A stretch of 55,463 nucleotides of DNA from a virus (taxonomy: Duplodnaviria; Caudoviricetes). Shown here piece by piece: positions 45,783 through 55,463 of this stretch; positions within the stretch are counted from its first letter, which is position 1; every line of letters starts with the position of its first letter. The translations under genes were made by a program, and so were the position numbers. The stretch is taken from positions 1-55,463 of IMG/VR virus record IMGVR_UViG_3300037584_004704, one strand, 5' to 3'. Below the pieces are notes generated by a model. It saw nothing but the letters and a program-made list of their open reading frames with translations. It was not told the origin of the DNA and searched no databases.

Positions 45783-45817
45783 ACTTGCTCTCTAAATAAA
45801 AATAGCTATATTTAACC

Positions 45818-45880
45818 TTCTAGGAAAATAAACTAACATACAGACTGACCTAGCAGACGAACGTAGAGACTGTATGTATT
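45818..45880 (+). ncRNA. Structured cis RNA downstream of the capsid gene (Mu-gpT-DE-like candidate)
   Basis: ACATACAG/CTGTATGT stem enclosing the hairpin CTG-ACCTAG-CAG, whose loop can pair with upstream CTAGG; TTGCTC/TATATT promoter just upstream. Confidence 0.55.
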
Positions 45881-45899
45881 TTTACTACGGAGGTAAAAA

Positions 45900-46436
45900 A
45901 TGGGAACAACCACATTTCAAGGTCCAGTTGTATCTAAAAAAGGTTTTTTTAGTACAGGACCAGGTAATGTAGTAACAATAAACTCAAGCGATAGCTTGAC
46001 AACAGCTAGCCACGCAGGAAGAATTGTTTACAACTCTGCCGCAGGCGCTGTGACTTACACATTACCAGCAACAAATGCAAACTCTGATTCTGCCGTTGCA
46101 GGACCAGGGCCAGACTTAAACAATCTAAGCAACGTCGGCGCTACTATCGAAATTTTTGCAGATATTACAAAGACAGGTGACTTAGTTGTTCAAGTTGCAA
46201 ATGCAACTGACGTTATGGTAGGAAGTGCATTATTTATTGATGACTCATCCGACAATGTCGTTGGTTTTGAAACAGCTTCAACATCAGATACTATCACTTT
46301 AAACGGTAGCACAACTGGTGGTGTAACTTACTCAAAAATTGTTTGTACAGTTCTTGCTTCAGGTAAATGGAAAGTGTCTGTTGATTCCGGATGTACCGGA
46401 ACACCAGCAACACCATTTAGTGCTGCGGTAAGTTAA
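45900..46436 (+). CDS. Virion structural protein
   Basis: GGAGG RBS; MGTTTFQGPV N-terminus. Confidence 0.65.
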   Translation: MGTTTFQGPVVSKKGFFSTGPGNVVTINSSDSLTTASHAGRIVYNSAAGAVTYTLPATNANSDSAVAGPGPDLNNLSNVGATIEIFADITKTGDLVVQVANATDVMVGSALFIDDSSDNVVGFETASTSDTITLNGSTTGGVTYSKIVCTVLASGKWKVSVDSGCTGTPATPFSAAVS

Positions 46437-46444
46437 TGATTAAT

Positions 46445-46470
46445 TAGGAGCCCTCCAAGAGGGCTCCTAT
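46445..46470 (+). terminator. Stem-loop
   Basis: TAGGAGCCCTC CAA GAGGGCTCCTA. Confidence 0.55.
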
Positions 46471-46485
46471 GCAAAGGAGAAAAAA

Positions 46486-46770
46486 ATGGCAAGTAAAGGT
46501 GACGTAAAAGCAGTTAGGTTTACATCAGCAGGAGTAGTTTTTGCAGGGAGAACTAGACTCAGAGGAATTATTTTAGCATCTGACGGTGGTGGAGCAGGAA
46601 CAATTATATTGCAAGACAACACAGATAGCTCAACTTTATTTCAAGCTGACGTTCCTAACGGTGATGTATTTTCTATGAATGTCCCAGAAGACGGAATATT
46701 ATTTCCTGGTGGAATGAAAATTTCTACAATTACAAACATAGATGCAGCTACTTTAATGATAGACAAATAG
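46486..46770 (+). CDS. Virion structural protein
   Basis: ORF track; AGGAG RBS. Confidence 0.6.
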   Translation: MASKGDVKAVRFTSAGVVFAGRTRLRGIILASDGGGAGTIILQDNTDSSTLFQADVPNGDVFSMNVPEDGILFPGGMKISTITNIDAATLMIDK

Positions 46771-46779
46771 GATTAAACA

Positions 46780-47493
46780 ATGGCCACTTCAGGTACAACT
46801 GCTTTTGATCTAGATATTGATGAGATAATTCAAGAAGCATACGAACGATGTGGAATGACGGCTCGAACAGGTTATGGATTAAAAAGCGCTAGACGTTCTT
46901 TAAATATACTTTTTTCTGAATGGGGAAATAGAGGACTTCATCTATGGAAAATAGATTTAGCCGCGGTGCCTTTAGTAGAAGGTCAAGCTGAATATAATGC
47001 AACCACAGATAGCACTAATTTTCCTGGTAATGTAAATGAAATTTTAGAAGCTTATGTTAGAAATAATACTACTGCCACAGCACCTGTTGATACTCCTATA
47101 TCTAAAATAGACAGATCATCATATTCTGCAATCGCAAACAAACTATCTAAAGGTACTCCTAGTCAATATTATGTTGATAGAACAACTTCTCCTAGCATAT
47201 TTTTATATCAAACTCCAAGTAGTAGTTTCTCAGGATCTAATTTTCTATTAAAATTTTATTATTTAAAAAGAATTGAAGATGCTGGAGCCTACACAAATCA
47301 AACAGATATTGTATATCGTTTTATACCATGTATGTGTGCAGGGTTATCTTATTATTTGAGTTTAAAAATAGCTCCAGATAGATCACAAAATTTAAAATTA
47401 TTATATGAAGATGAATTAACAAGAGCTTTAAATGAAGACAGTTCTTCTACTAGCACTTTCTTAACACCAAAGGTATACTTTCCAACAACATGA
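46780..47493 (+). CDS. Head-tail adaptor / tail tubular protein A-like
   Basis: MATSGTTAFDL...ARRSLNILFSEWGNRG. Confidence 0.65.
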   Translation: MATSGTTAFDLDIDEIIQEAYERCGMTARTGYGLKSARRSLNILFSEWGNRGLHLWKIDLAAVPLVEGQAEYNATTDSTNFPGNVNEILEAYVRNNTTATAPVDTPISKIDRSSYSAIANKLSKGTPSQYYVDRTTSPSIFLYQTPSSSFSGSNFLLKFYYLKRIEDAGAYTNQTDIVYRFIPCMCAGLSYYLSLKIAPDRSQNLKLLYEDELTRALNEDSSSTSTFLTPKVYFPTT

Positions 47494-47993
47494 CAAATTT
47501 TGCAAGAGGTAAATACGCTAAGTCTATTTCAGATAGAAGTGGAATGGAATTTCCTTATAGTGAAATGGTAAGAGAATGGAATGGATCAAGAGTTCATATT
47601 TCAGAGTTTGAACCTAAACAACCACAATTAGAATTAAAAGTTCATGCTGCAGATCCAGAAGCTCTACAAAACGCAAGAGTAGATAGAACTGAACCAACTG
47701 TTGCTGTTCTATTAAATATAAATTCTTTTAAAACAGGCAGTGCAAGTTCTTCAACTATAACAGTTACAGAAATAAATCACGGTAGAGCATCTAGTGATAC
47801 AGTTCGATTTAGAAATGCAATTAGTTTTGATGGTATTTCTGGAACTAATATTAATAAAGCTGCAGGATACACAATAACAAAAGTAGATGCTGATACTTAC
47901 ACTTTTAGTGTAGATACAGACACAGCAACTGCAGGGAATGTAAAAGGAGGGGGCGAAAACGCATCAGCCGGGCCCGTAACGATATCACCATGA
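47490..47993 (+). CDS. Virion protein
   Basis: ISDRSG...EFEPKQPQL N-terminal motif plus a beta domain similar to the one in 1477..3642. Confidence 0.55.
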   Translation: MTNFARGKYAKSISDRSGMEFPYSEMVREWNGSRVHISEFEPKQPQLELKVHAADPEALQNARVDRTEPTVAVLLNINSFKTGSASSSTITVTEINHGRASSDTVRFRNAISFDGISGTNINKAAGYTITKVDADTYTFSVDTDTATAGNVKGGGENASAGPVTISP

Positions 47994-48673
47994 CAATGAC
48001 TCTTAGTGAATTAAAAACAAATATTAGAAATTACAGTGAAGTAGACGATGGTGTTTTAACAGATGCCGTTTTAAATGTAATTATTAAAAATGTAGAAAAT
48101 AGAATTTTCAGAGCCGTAGATTCTGACGATACAAAATTTTATGCAAATTCAGATTTAACTATAGGTAATAGATTTGTAACTGTGCCTTCTGATACTAGAA
48201 TTATCAGATACGTTCAACTAACAAACCCCACAACCTCAGATCAATTTTTCTTAGAACAAGTTGATACTTCTTTTTTAGCAGAATATTTTCCTGACCCAGA
48301 TAACTCTAGTGATTATGCAACTCCTAGATATTATGCTCATTGGGACTCTGATAACTGGGTTGTGGCTCCAACACCCGATGCAGCTTATAAGATAACTCTA
48401 GCTTATATAAAACAACCAGATACTATAACCACCTCTGATTCTAGCACTACCTATTTATCTAACAATTTTCAAGATTTGTTGATTTATGGGTGTATGGTAG
48501 AAACTCTAAAATACTTGAAAGGGCCAGATAATATGGTACAAATGTACGAGGCATCCTATCAAGAGGGGCTTCAAACGTTTGCGGCAGAACAACAAGGTCG
48601 AAGACGCAGAGACGAATACACTAGTGGTGCAATTCGTTTAGATATACAATCACCACAACCAAAAATGAAATAA
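47990..48673 (+). CDS. Head-tail adaptor-like protein
   Basis: PRYYA...VAPTPD...LLIYG motifs. Confidence 0.6.
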   Translation: MTMTLSELKTNIRNYSEVDDGVLTDAVLNVIIKNVENRIFRAVDSDDTKFYANSDLTIGNRFVTVPSDTRIIRYVQLTNPTTSDQFFLEQVDTSFLAEYFPDPDNSSDYATPRYYAHWDSDNWVVAPTPDAAYKITLAYIKQPDTITTSDSSTTYLSNNFQDLLIYGCMVETLKYLKGPDNMVQMYEASYQEGLQTFAAEQQGRRRRDEYTSGAIRLDIQSPQPKMK

Positions 48674-48686
48674 AAGGAGACTATAA

Positions 48687-49112
48687 ATGGCTAATATAAT
48701 ACCAGATGCATTTAAATCAGAACTCTTATCTGGAACACACAACTTTGCCAACGGTGGCAATAGTTTTAAAATAGCTTTGTACACAGACATCTCTGGATAT
48801 TCCACATCAAGCACTGCATATTCTACCTCTAATGAAGTTTCTTCTTCAGGTACTAATTATTCTGCTGGTGGAAATGCCTTAGATAGTCAAGCGGTTGCTG
48901 TTGCAAGTAACACAGCTTTTGTTGATTTTGCAGATGAAGTTTTTTCATCAGTGACTTTATCAGCAGTGGGTGCAGTTATTTACAACGATACAAACTCTGA
49001 CAAACTCGTTGTTGTTCTAGATTTTGGAGGAACTAAAACTGCTACTAACGGAGACTTTACAATTCAGTTTCCTGCGGCAGGTGCTTCAACAGCTATAATA
49101 AGGATTGCGTAA
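48687..49112 (+). CDS. Tail structural protein
   Basis: FKIALYT...VVLDFGG...FTIQFP. Confidence 0.6.
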   Translation: MANIIPDAFKSELLSGTHNFANGGNSFKIALYTDISGYSTSSTAYSTSNEVSSSGTNYSAGGNALDSQAVAVASNTAFVDFADEVFSSVTLSAVGAVIYNDTNSDKLVVVLDFGGTKTATNGDFTIQFPAAGASTAIIRIA

Positions 49113-49118
49113 TAAATT

Positions 49119-50096
49119 ATGGCTTTAGTTTTAAACGACAGAGTTAAAGAAACTACTACTACGACCGGCACAGGTACGATTAACCTGGGAGGTGCTCAAA
49201 CCAATTTCGAAACTTTTGTAGCAGGAATTGGAAACAGTAATACTACTTATTATGCTATTGTTCATAGAAGTAGTGCTGAATTTGAAGTAGGCTTAGGAAC
49301 AATAACAGACGCCTCTCCAGATACTTTAGCTAGAACTACAATTATTTCTAGTTCTAATAGTGATAGTGCTGTTAATTTTTCTGCAGGAACAAAAGACGTA
49401 TTTTGTACACTCCCTGCAAGTAAAGCAGTATTTGAAGATGCTAGTTCTAATGTTACCTTACCTGCTGATTTATCAGTTGGAGATGATCTCACAGTTTTAG
49501 GTGGTGTTATTGAGTTTAAATCAAACAGTGGTTCACCAGCTTCACTTAAAATGTATTGTGAGTCATCTAATGCTCACTTTCAAACATTACAACCACAACC
49601 ACATTCAGCTAGTGCTGCAAACACTTTAAGATTACCTGATAGTGGTGATAGTGGGACACAAGATTTAGTTGCTGTTGATATTACACAAACATTAACAAAT
49701 AAAAGATTAACCTCTCCAAAATTAAATGAAGATGTGGCAATTACTGCTACAGCTACGGAAGTAAATTTATTAGATGGTGTGACTGCAACCACCGCGGAGT
49801 TAAATATTTTAGATGGTGTTACATCTACTGCCGCTGAATTAAATATTTTAGATGGTGTTACATCCACCACAGCTGAGTTAAATATACTTGATGGTGTAAC
49901 TACTACAGCCACAGAATTGAATATCATGGATGGTGATACTGCTGCTTCATCAACAACTTTAGTAGATGCTGACAGAGTGGTTACTAATGATGCAGGAACG
50001 ATGAAGCAAGTTGCTTTATCAGATTTAAAAACATATTTATCTAGTGCAGGATTCTCAACTGAGGACCCAACAGCATTAGCTATTGCATTAGGATAG
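49119..50096 (+). CDS. Tail fibre with 13-aa tandem repeats
   Basis: MALVLNDRVKET N-terminus; TATTAELNILDGV about five times. Confidence 0.7.
   Translation: MALVLNDRVKETTTTTGTGTINLGGAQTNFETFVAGIGNSNTTYYAIVHRSSAEFEVGLGTITDASPDTLARTTIISSSNSDSAVNFSAGTKDVFCTLPASKAVFEDASSNVTLPADLSVGDDLTVLGGVIEFKSNSGSPASLKMYCESSNAHFQTLQPQPHSASAANTLRLPDSGDSGTQDLVAVDITQTLTNKRLTSPKLNEDVAITATATEVNLLDGVTATTAELNILDGVTSTAAELNILDGVTSTTAELNILDGVTTTATELNIMDGDTAASSTTLVDADRVVTNDAGTMKQVALSDLKTYLSSAGFSTEDPTALAIALG
49740..49935 (+). repeat. 39-bp coding tandem repeat (about five copies)
   Basis: Recurring GAxTTAAATATxxTxGATGGTG. Confidence 0.8.
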
Positions 50097-50104
50097 GAGG
50101 GTAA

Positions 50105-50452
50105 ATGGCCAATACTTTTAAAGTGATAACAAAAGCAGGTGTAACAAGTGCTGATGTTATTTACACAGTAGCAGGTTCTACAACAACAGTGGTTCTTGGT
50201 ATTATGGTAGGTAACACAACTACAACACAAATTACTGCAACAGTAAGTTTAGGATCAGATACTTCCAACAGAGCAGGCGCAAACAACGAAGCTAATCAAA
50301 CAGTTGAGTTAGTAACCAATGCACCCGTGCCTGTAGGTGGTACACTTGAACTATTGTCTGGTAACAAAGTGGTTATGGAAACAACTGACACACTTTCGTT
50401 AACAGCTTCAGGTGCTGCAGATATAGCTTTATCAATTATGGAGATAACCTAG
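50105..50452 (+). CDS. Tail structural protein
   Basis: ORF track; AGGAGG RBS. Confidence 0.6.
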   Translation: MANTFKVITKAGVTSADVIYTVAGSTTTVVLGIMVGNTTTTQITATVSLGSDTSNRAGANNEANQTVELVTNAPVPVGGTLELLSGNKVVMETTDTLSLTASGAADIALSIMEIT

Positions 50453-50453
50453 A

Positions 50454-51215
50454 ATGGCATATCTTGGTACACCTATAGATACAACCAATCAGTTTCAGTC
50501 TTTACAAGGTAAAAGGTTTAGTGGTAATGCTAGTACAACAGCATTTACATTAGACGTTGCACCTGGTTCTACATTAGACATAGAAGTTTATGTAGAAAAT
50601 GTTAGACAAGACCCTAACTCTTCATACACCTTAAACGGAACCACGCTTACATTTAGTGCTGCACCTCCTAGTGGTACAAATAATATTTATGTGATTCATC
50701 AAGCAAAAGCAGTGGGAACAATTACTGCACCTGTGGGTGGTAGTATTGATATGAATGGTGTTGCATTAATTTTAGACGAAGACGGTGATACATCTATAAG
50801 AGCTGACACTGACGACCAGATAGATTTTAAAACTGGTGGAACTGATAGAGCAACAATAGACAGTTCTGGTAATTTAAAATATAATTCTGGTTACGGTTCT
50901 GTAGTAACAGCTTATGGTGTTCGTGCATGGGTAAACTTTGATGGAACAGGAACAGTTGCTATTAGAGATAGTGGTAATGTAAGTTCTATTACAGATATTA
51001 ATACAGGGCAGTTTCAAGTAAATTTTACAACTAATATGCCTGATGAAAACTATTGTACAACTCTTGGAGCAAGACCTGATGGTTCAGACACTAATGGAAG
51101 AAGTATTATATTTGCGACACCTTATTCAACTTCAGCAGTCAAGGTTGGTTTTATTAATGCAGCTAATACAGGATATTTAGACCCAGATATTTATTGCGTG
51201 GCAGTAATTCGTTAG
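50454..51215 (+). CDS. Tail fibre protein
   Basis: MAYLG...VRQDP...AAPPSG anchor; RAWVNFDG tip domain. Confidence 0.7.
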   Translation: MAYLGTPIDTTNQFQSLQGKRFSGNASTTAFTLDVAPGSTLDIEVYVENVRQDPNSSYTLNGTTLTFSAAPPSGTNNIYVIHQAKAVGTITAPVGGSIDMNGVALILDEDGDTSIRADTDDQIDFKTGGTDRATIDSSGNLKYNSGYGSVVTAYGVRAWVNFDGTGTVAIRDSGNVSSITDINTGQFQVNFTTNMPDENYCTTLGARPDGSDTNGRSIIFATPYSTSAVKVGFINAANTGYLDPDIYCVAVIR

Positions 51216-51224
51216 GAAAAAATT

Positions 51225-51440
51225 ATGGATAAAAGAATAATATATAAAAATACAGACGGAACAATAGGAATACTTATTCCTTGTGATAATAGTTTAACTG
51301 TAGAACAAATTGCAAGAAAAGATGTACCTACAGGATTATCTTATAAGATTGTAAATGTATCAGAGGTACCAAGCGACAGAACATTTAGAGGTGCTTGGAC
51401 TATTGCTGATAGTGAATTAACAGACGGAGTAGGCGACTAA
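51225..51440 (+). CDS. Tail fibre assembly-associated small protein
   Basis: KDVP...DRTFRGAW. Confidence 0.55.
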   Translation: MDKRIIYKNTDGTIGILIPCDNSLTVEQIARKDVPTGLSYKIVNVSEVPSDRTFRGAWTIADSELTDGVGD

Positions 51441-51685
51441 TGGGAATAACTGTAGATATAACAAAAGCCAAAGATATTTGGAAAGATAAAATTCGTGTGG
51501 CTCGTAAACCATCATTAGAAAAACTAGATGTTGATTTTATTAAGGCACAGGAAGCTAGTAGCGATACCACAACTATTATTTCTAATAAAAACACTCTAAG
51601 AAATTTACCTAGTCAAGTAGATTCTGCAACCACAGTTGATGAAATAAAGGCTGTGTGGAATGATATGTTGGGCGATAAGGAGTAA
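51440..51685 (+). CDS. Tail fibre assembly chaperone-like protein
   Basis: IRVAR...LRNLP motif. Confidence 0.55.
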   Translation: MGITVDITKAKDIWKDKIRVARKPSLEKLDVDFIKAQEASSDTTTIISNKNTLRNLPSQVDSATTVDEIKAVWNDMLGDKE

Positions 51686-51689
51686 GTAG

Positions 51690-52328
51690 ATGGCAACAGC
51701 CTCTACATCACTATCCAAGATAAAAGCCAATAGCTTAAATCTTGCAGGTACATATGGCTTTAGTGGCACAGTCACAGGATTTGATGATACACCTTTAGTA
51801 TTACTAAGCACATTTACTTCTGATGGTTCTGATGCTACTGCAAGTTTTACTAGTGGTATAGATTCTACATATAAAGAATATATGTTTGTGTTTAATAATA
51901 TACATCCACAAACTGACTATGCTACATTATTATTTAATGGAAGCACAGATGGAGGAAGTAATTATAATGTCACTAAAACTACAACTTTTTTTCAAGCATA
52001 TCATGATGAGGGAGACAGTGCAACAACCTTAGACTATACAACAACTACAGATTTAGCACAATCAACAGCTTTTCAAAATTTAGGATATGGTTTAGGAAAT
52101 GATAATGATGAAAATGCTAGTGGTATATTAAAATTATATAATCCCTCTAGCACAACTCATGTTAAACATTTTGTGAGTAGAATTAATATGAATGAATATA
52201 GTGGTTTTAGTGTTGATTATAATGTAGCGGGATATTTAAATACTACATCCGCTATAGATGCTATACAGTTTAAAATGTCCTCTGGTGAAATACAAGGCGG
52301 AACAATAGATTTATTTGGAGTAGTATAA
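51690..52328 (+). CDS. Tail fibre / receptor-binding module, paralog 1
   Basis: IDSTYKEY...NPSSTTHVKH...TSAIDAIQF. Confidence 0.65.
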   Translation: MATASTSLSKIKANSLNLAGTYGFSGTVTGFDDTPLVLLSTFTSDGSDATASFTSGIDSTYKEYMFVFNNIHPQTDYATLLFNGSTDGGSNYNVTKTTTFFQAYHDEGDSATTLDYTTTTDLAQSTAFQNLGYGLGNDNDENASGILKLYNPSSTTHVKHFVSRINMNEYSGFSVDYNVAGYLNTTSAIDAIQFKMSSGEIQGGTIDLFGVV

Positions 52329-52969
52329 TGGCACTTAGTAAATTAGCAGCAAACTCTTTTGACCTAACAGACAACTATGCTCTAACAGGCACAGTAACTG
52401 GAGTTGTATCTACACAGAAATTATTTTTAATTAAAAATTTAGATGCTAGTTCTAGTAGCACACTAAGTTTTGTTGATGGTTCTGACAGTGTTGATTTAGA
52501 TAATACATACAAAACATATTATTTTAAGTTTATAAATATTCATGCTAGTGGGAGTTCTGGTGATTTAGTTTTTCAAGGGAATTCTGCAGGTGGTTCAGGA
52601 TTTAATGAAACAATTACATCTAGTGTTTTTCAATCTGCTCATAGTGAAGACGATTCTACAAATGCAGAAATAGGATATACAGCTTCTGCGGACCAAGCAC
52701 AAGGCACAGGCTTTCAAATAATTTCTGCTACTGTGGGTAATGGTAATGATGAATGTGTTAGTGGTGAAATGTGGTTGTTTAATCCAAGTAGTACAACTTT
52801 TGTAAAACATTTTACAGTGAGAACTAATGTGTATCATCCATCAGATATTTCAGTTGAAAGATGGACCGCAGGATATTTTAACACCACATCAGCAATAGAT
52901 GAAATACAATTTAAATTAAGTGCAGGAAATATGGATTCAGGGAGGATAGCATTATATGGCATTAAGTAA
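52328..52969 (+). CDS. Tail fibre / receptor-binding module, paralog 2
   Basis: Same motifs as paralog 1. Confidence 0.65.
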   Translation: MALSKLAANSFDLTDNYALTGTVTGVVSTQKLFLIKNLDASSSSTLSFVDGSDSVDLDNTYKTYYFKFINIHASGSSGDLVFQGNSAGGSGFNETITSSVFQSAHSEDDSTNAEIGYTASADQAQGTGFQIISATVGNGNDECVSGEMWLFNPSSTTFVKHFTVRTNVYHPSDISVERWTAGYFNTTSAIDEIQFKLSAGNMDSGRIALYGIK

Positions 52970-53582
52970 GATACAACCTGCGTCAATGGACCTAACTGCT
53001 AATTATGCTTTTACAGGAACTAACTCTATATCAACGATAGATTATGAAGAAACAAAACTAGCTACATTAACAGCTTCTAGTAGTAGCTCATTAGATTTTA
53101 CAAGTAATATAGATAGCACATATAATATTTATAAGTTTAGATTTATTAACATACATCCGTCTAATAATGCAACGAGACTACAGTATAACTTATCAGTGGA
53201 TGGAGGCTCTAACTATAATGTGGCAAAAACTACTCATAGTTTTAAGGCTTATCATAATGAGGCGGGTAACACTGCAGCTTTAGCATATGAAACAGGAACT
53301 GACTTAGCACAAGGTACTGGAACACAATTTATAGGTGACGACATATCTAATGCTAATGATGCAAATATGTGTGGTCAAATGTTTTTATTTGACCCAAGTT
53401 CAACCACTTTTGTTAAACATGTATTAATACAAACTGCTACTTTATCAAATGGTGATTTTGCAGTTTTTAATACTACAGGCTCAGGATATGGAAATACGAC
53501 TAGTGCAGTAAATGCAGTACAATTTACAATGTCCTCAGGGACTATAGACTCAGGTACAATAGAAATGTATGGAATTAACTAA
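52956..53582 (+). CDS. Tail fibre / receptor-binding module, paralog 3
   Basis: Same motifs as paralog 1. Confidence 0.65.
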   Translation: MALSKIQPASMDLTANYAFTGTNSISTIDYEETKLATLTASSSSSLDFTSNIDSTYNIYKFRFINIHPSNNATRLQYNLSVDGGSNYNVAKTTHSFKAYHNEAGNTAALAYETGTDLAQGTGTQFIGDDISNANDANMCGQMFLFDPSSTTFVKHVLIQTATLSNGDFAVFNTTGSGYGNTTSAVNAVQFTMSSGTIDSGTIEMYGIN

Positions 53583-53614
53583 AAAACTTGATATAACAGG
53601 AGAGGAGACAAACA

Positions 53615-53902
53615 ATGCCAAGATATCATAATATAAACGGAACTAAAGTACAGTTCACAGCAGACGAAGAAACAGCTAGAGATGCTGAAGAGAAAGCATG
53701 GGCTGATGCAGCTCCTGCTAGAGCCTTGGCCGACCTCAGAACAAAAAGAAACAGATTATTAGCAGAGACAGATTATCTAGCTTTATCAGATAATACTCTT
53801 AGTGATGATATGAAAAAGTATCGTCAAGATTTAAGAGACTTACCTGCAGGGAAAGATACAGTAGAGAAGTGCGAGAACGCAGTATTCCCTACTAAACCAT
53901 AG
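53615..53902 (+). CDS. Tail fibre assembly chaperone
   Basis: LRTKRNRLLAETD...YRQDLRDLP. Confidence 0.75.
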   Translation: MPRYHNINGTKVQFTADEETARDAEEKAWADAAPARALADLRTKRNRLLAETDYLALSDNTLSDDMKKYRQDLRDLPAGKDTVEKCENAVFPTKP

Positions 53903-53910
53903 GAGGATAG

Positions 53911-54513
53911 ATGAGTAAGACAACAGTAGCATCAACAGGTATAGATTTAAGTGATACATTTGCCTTTACAGGCACTGTGACTGGTGCAGGAGCATACGAA
54001 TTACTACAAACTCAAACGGCATCAAGTTCTTCAACAATAACATTTACATCAACTTATATCACAAGCACTTATAATCATTATTATGTAGTTATAGAAGGAG
54101 CAACTTTTAGCACAGATGGTGCAAGTGGAACATTTGAATTTTCAACTGATAATGGCTCTAGCTACTCATCTACTGGAAGTTTTTTTGCACAAAATGCTTA
54201 TGACGGCACATTTAGAACAGTAGGACCCACTACTTCTCAAAGCAGTATGAACACTTTTACTAGTGTTGATGGTGATGATAATAATAACAATGGAATAGCA
54301 ACTTTAGAACTTCATTTATTTAATTTAAATTCAACATCAGATAAAAAATTAGGGTGGGGTATAGCATCTCGACATACACAAAATGGTGATGCAGGTGGAT
54401 ATAGAATATATCAATATGGTTTAGACACAACATCAGCAGTAAATAATATCAGATTTGGTATGTCCAGTGGAACATATGTAACAGGTAAATTTAAAATATA
54501 TGGAGTGAGATAA
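53911..54513 (+). CDS. Tail fibre / receptor-binding module, paralog 4
   Basis: ITSTYNHY...TSAVNNIRF...KIYGV. Confidence 0.6.
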   Translation: MSKTTVASTGIDLSDTFAFTGTVTGAGAYELLQTQTASSSSTITFTSTYITSTYNHYYVVIEGATFSTDGASGTFEFSTDNGSSYSSTGSFFAQNAYDGTFRTVGPTTSQSSMNTFTSVDGDDNNNNGIATLELHLFNLNSTSDKKLGWGIASRHTQNGDAGGYRIYQYGLDTTSAVNNIRFGMSSGTYVTGKFKIYGVR

Positions 54514-54806
54514 TGGCTAGACATCATTTAATAGACGGGGTTAAGGTGCCTTTTACAGCAGAGGAAGAAACTGCATGGGATGCTAAAGAAAAAGCATGGG
54601 CAGACGGTGCTTTAGATAGGGCGTTGGAAAACCTAAGAGATAAAAGAAATAATCTATTAGCTAAAACAGATTGGACCTCAAGTTCAGATTTAACAATGAG
54701 CACAGAGATGAAAGAATACAGACAAAAACTTCGTGACGCTCCTAGTGGCTTAGACACAGTAGAAAAAGTAAATGCATACACATTTCCAACAGAGGTAACA
54801 AAATAA
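54513..54806 (+). CDS. Tail fibre assembly chaperone, paralog
   Basis: LRDKRNNLLAKTD...YRQKLRDAP. Confidence 0.75.
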   Translation: MARHHLIDGVKVPFTAEEETAWDAKEKAWADGALDRALENLRDKRNNLLAKTDWTSSSDLTMSTEMKEYRQKLRDAPSGLDTVEKVNAYTFPTEVTK

Positions 54807-55463
54807 TGGCATACATAGGACAATCAATTAAAAACGGAACCTTTAGTGTCTTAGACACAAGTGGTAATACTTACAATGGTTCTAACACAACATTTAGTTT
54901 AGGGACACAAGTAGGTTCTGCAGCACAACTATTAGTATCTCATGATGGTGTTATACAAAAACCTGGAACAGACTTTACACTAGCTACAGGCGGAACACAG
55001 ATTACATTTACCACAGCCCCTGCTAGTGGAGCATCAATCTTTATTGTAGAAATATCTGGTGCAGTGGGCGGACCAATGAATACAGATATTAATGGTGCAG
55101 AGTTAATACTAGATGTTGACGGAGATTCAAGTATTCATGCAGATACAGATGATCAAATAGATTTTAAAGCAGGTGGCACAGATAGATTTGTATTATCTTC
55201 AGCTAATGCAAAGTTTAATGTGGGTGCATATAATGCAGAGGCCACACTAACAGACGCCTCTACCATAGCATGGGATGTCTCAACATCACCAGTAGCAAAA
55301 GTAACACTAGGTGCTAACAGAACATTAGGTGCAGGGACCAATGCACAAACAGGGCAGTTTGTATCTTTATTAATTATTCAAGATGGTACAGGCTCAAGAA
55401 CAGTTACATTTAATGCTGCATATGAGTTCACCGAAGATACCGCACCGACACTAACTACAACAG
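54806..55463 (+). CDS. Tail fibre protein (3' truncated by window)
   Basis: MAYIGQSIKNG...; shares LILDxDGDxSIxADTDDQIDFKxGGTDR with 50454..51215. Confidence 0.7.
   Translation, partial: MAYIGQSIKNGTFSVLDTSGNTYNGSNTTFSLGTQVGSAAQLLVSHDGVIQKPGTDFTLATGGTQITFTTAPASGASIFIVEISGAVGGPMNTDINGAELILDVDGDSSIHADTDDQIDFKAGGTDRFVLSSANAKFNVGAYNAEATLTDASTIAWDVSTSPVAKVTLGANRTLGAGTNAQTGQFVSLLIIQDGTGSRTVTFNAAYEFTEDTAPTLTTT

Noticed and set aside
378-55341. Numerous antisense ORFs in the track (e.g. 2061, 4931, 8676, 35169, 49580)
   Set aside because: Shadow frames of well-supported genes on the opposite strand
50454-55463. Diversity-generating retroelement acting on tail fibres
   Set aside because: No reverse transcriptase and no TR/VR pair differing only at adenines was seen
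1-55463. tRNA genes, integrase, introns or inteins
   Set aside because: No cloverleaf with a T-loop, no recombinase motifs, and core genes have normal uninterrupted lengths

Overview
AT-rich, near-complete genome of a marine tailed phage, podovirus-like. The gene set and order resemble HTVC023P-type pelagiphages; this assignment is from recall and is not verified. The window begins and ends inside tail-fibre genes. Order: tail/nozzle genes, an HlyC-like acyltransferase followed by internal-virion (ejection) proteins, an M15 endolysin, a divergent SNF2 helicase / replication operon (SSB-like, primase, SF1 helicase, Mom-like protein, family A DNA polymerase of the Leu762 type), nucleases, a C5 cytosine methyltransferase with a nested alternative-frame gene, TerS, a repeat- and palindrome-rich minus-strand early-gene region, TerL, portal, a cluster of very small basic or Cys-rich proteins with a holin, GroES, scaffold, major capsid, adaptors and a paralogous tail-fibre array. 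No integrase, RNA polymerase, tRNA or CRISPR array was seen. The most notable items are: (1) a two-subunit methyltransferase encoded by nested reading frames; (2) nine polar GGGCCCACCCACCC repeats with perfect DnaA boxes and long perfect palindromes between terS and terL; (3) a shared TATGGGA motif in about seven promoter spacers, with a candidate ribbon-helix-helix regulator; (4) an RTX-type acyltransferase coupled to a Gly-Lys-containing ejection protein; (5) a shared xxGG motif across many probable head-internal proteins; (6) several candidate structured RNAs. All calls come from reading the sequence by eye.
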